This document shows positions 61,920-64,000 of a stretch of 64,000 nucleotides of DNA, piece by piece. Position 1 is the stretch's first letter, and every line of letters starts with the position of its first letter. The DNA is from Blastocladiella emersonii ATCC 22665 (lineage: Eukaryota; Fungi; Blastocladiomycota). Both the position numbers and the translations under genes were made by a program. Under the pieces are notes generated by a model, which was not told the origin of the DNA, made no database searches, and saw nothing but the letters and a program-made list of their open reading frames with translations. The DNA lies in the NCBI GenBank assembly GCA_025594325.1, contig JANHCV010000017.1:310001-374000 (forward strand). Direction: 5' to 3'.

Positions 61920-64000
61920 CGCCAGATACCCAAATCTACGACCACGTTGCGCACACTCCACTAGCCAACTCTTCGATCCCCTAATTATGGAGCCCGTCGT
62001 CAAAGTCCACGGTCCAATCAACGAGGTAAACAGCGAACTTGTCAAACTGCCAACCTGCCAACCAAACACCCACGCCGCTTCTCAAGCCACGGTGGGCCCG
62101 CGCATTTGCGTTGCCGTCCCAGCCAACGAAGGAATGACTGATGAGCCCTGGTAGCCTGCTAGACTGACAGCCTGACAGCGCCCGCTCAGTTGCTATTATC
62201 TATCTCGTAGGTAGTCTGGGAGGAGTTCGTTAGTCGATACGCGACCAGTCTCCTCCTGGCTGCCCGCTCTGCTGCCATCTCCAAGGCCCGCATGAAGATG
62301 GGCCAGGGAGGTTTACGAGCATTTCCTATCTCTCCTCTCTCCGTGTGAAACCATTCACCCGCGGACGGATGCGCACCACGCACCGTGCACCGCGCACCGC
62401 GCACCGCGCACCGCGCACCGTGCACCGCGCACCGCGCACCGCGCACAGCGCACCGCGGACAGCGCACCGCGGACAGCGCCCGATGCACCACACGCTGCGC
62501 ACACGGCGCCAACGGCCACGCTGGTGTCACGCACACACACTCGCATGAACGGCAAGCAGGCAAGGCTTCCTCAACTCAACCATGATCCATCGTCCATGTC
62601 TGCTCGCTCCAACGGGTGCGCCTGCCTACCCTCCCAGTGCCATCGATTGATTGATTCATGTCCAGTGCTGCCCATGCTTTCATGGCCGCGGGGTCCGTCA
62701 GAACGCCTTGCAATGCGTGCGCCTGCATGCACCTGCACTGCAGAGCGCTGCAGAGGGCTGCACAGCGCTGCGGAGGGCTGCAGAGGGCTAAGGCGGCAGG
62801 GCTTCTCCTCCTGCAGGGGACAGTACCAAGGCCAAGGAGTGCTAGTGACTACTAACGGAATGGTGATTGGCCCCCTTCACACGCTCCTGGCAGGACTGCG
62901 TGTGGGCGTGCGGGCGTTTGTGCGTGCGTGCCTTGATTCGTCCACCATCATACGCGCAAAGTGACCAAGTGACCAAGTGACCAAGTGACCAAGTGACCAA
63001 GTGACCAAGGTGACCAAGGTGACCAAGGTGACCAAGGTGACCAAGGTGACCAAGTGACACACAAGCACCAAGCTAGGGTGGCCGGGCGGCCATGGAACGT
63101 ACTGCATGGGAACCATTACCGTGGACTGGCCGCGGCCATTTATCGCAGCACAGCCCTGCCTGGCTCAGGACGCGGCGGGCGTGGGAGGCAGGCAGGGTAG
63201 ATCGGTAGCAGCAGCAGGACCTGGCTAGCTGGCTGTCAAACAACACAAGTGAAGGGGTGCGTGAGGGAGGGTGTGTTGAATGAATGGATGGGTGGATGCA
63301 GGCAGAGAGAGACCTTCGTACGTGTCGTGGGTGATGAGGATTGGTTGGCCACCATCCACCAACGCCATGGCATGGCTGCGGGTGTCGCTGCGTGCGCCTT
63401 GGCGGGTGGTGTTGGTGGGTGGGTGGTCTTGGTGGGTGCTGTGGTGGTAGTGGAGCTAGAGTGGTGCCGTGGGGCTCTTGGGGTCCCCTTTCCTTCCTGT
63501 CTGGCCTAGGTGGGTCGGCGGACGCAGCGCGCATGCGGGCAAGGTAACAACATTGCTCACGCAATGGATCATGTATTTTATGGCAAGTAGTCTGCGAAGC
63601 AGAGACGGGGATGTCCGGCCCAATCGGACCCTCCACGGATCACAATATGCACGCAATGAATTGACTGATGATAGGGATGTACCAAACCAGCCACGTAGAC
63701 AATTGTCGTGGTTGTCGAACAAAACCATATTCAAATCTTTGGCAACGCGCCTGTCCAGCTAGCCAGGGACCCATGAATCACAGTATCGACCCAACAAGAT
63801 ATTAGACCATGGTAATATAGTAAACCAACCTCGTACATAATTGTCATGGTACTCAAACAAAACCATATTCAAGTCTTTGCTTTCCCGCATATCCAGCTGG
63901 CCAGGGACCCATAAATCACAGTATCGAACGAACAAGATATCTTACCATGGAAATATAGTTAACCAGCCACGCGGACAATTGTCATGGTACTCAATCGAGA
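61920..64000. repeat. Monomer 23 (partial): complete core, block begins at 63639 and is cut by the window edge
   Basis: +14, +16; long start. Confidence 0.97.

Larger units (their letters stand above)
1..64000. repeat. Tandem macro-array (macrosatellite) of 2.26-3.08 kb monomers filling the window and continuing beyond both edges
   Basis: The same anchor (ORF MSCHLIK..., + strand) recurs at 1028, 4097, 6752, 9821, 12476, 15131, 18062, 20317, 22572, 25655, 28186, 31269, 34214, 37265, 39816, 42505, 45196, 47885, 50852, 53523, 56484, 59175 and 61846, always in the same orientation. All spacings equal 2241+138k plus +14/+20/+16/-18 minisatellite indels. Confidence 0.99.

Noticed and set aside
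1-64000. Assembly artefact (collapsed or looped repeat)
   Set aside because: Monomers carry structured, position-dependent SNPs, indels and private variants, which is not what a duplicated contig looks like. Read support is still needed to confirm the exact order.

Overview
The whole 64-kb window is one head-to-tail, same-orientation tandem macro-array, most likely eukaryotic. It holds 22 complete monomers of 2255-3083 bp plus a partial monomer at each end. Each monomer has a nearly invariant GC-rich core of about 1.69 kb, carrying 7-, 10-, 8/9- and 17-bp minisatellites, followed by a more AT-rich block of 4, 6, 7, 9 or 10 copies of a 138-bp repeat (about 180 copies in total). Every monomer length equals 2241 + 138k plus a few minisatellite indels (+14, +20, +16, -18). 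I found no recognisable protein gene, rRNA, tRNA, snRNA, CRISPR array or transposase, and nearly all ORFs in the track are by-products of the repeats. The most interesting signal is a gene-shaped cassette hidden in each monomer on the + strand: ATG, then n x 46-codon repeats, then a tail with coding-like base composition, then TAG. It has no frameshifts, and most of its internal stops are TAA at a position where sister repeats have CAA (Gln). This fits a pseudogenised repeat-protein gene amplified into a satellite, or a live copy-number-variable gene family under a TAA/TAG=Gln code or readthrough. Substitution patterns inside the repeats do not confirm coding constraint, so this remains a hypothesis. 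The array also records its own evolution: a left-to-right variant gradient, nascent dimer and trimer higher-order repeats, long-range sharing of private variants, and a CpA/TpA-rich mutation spectrum.
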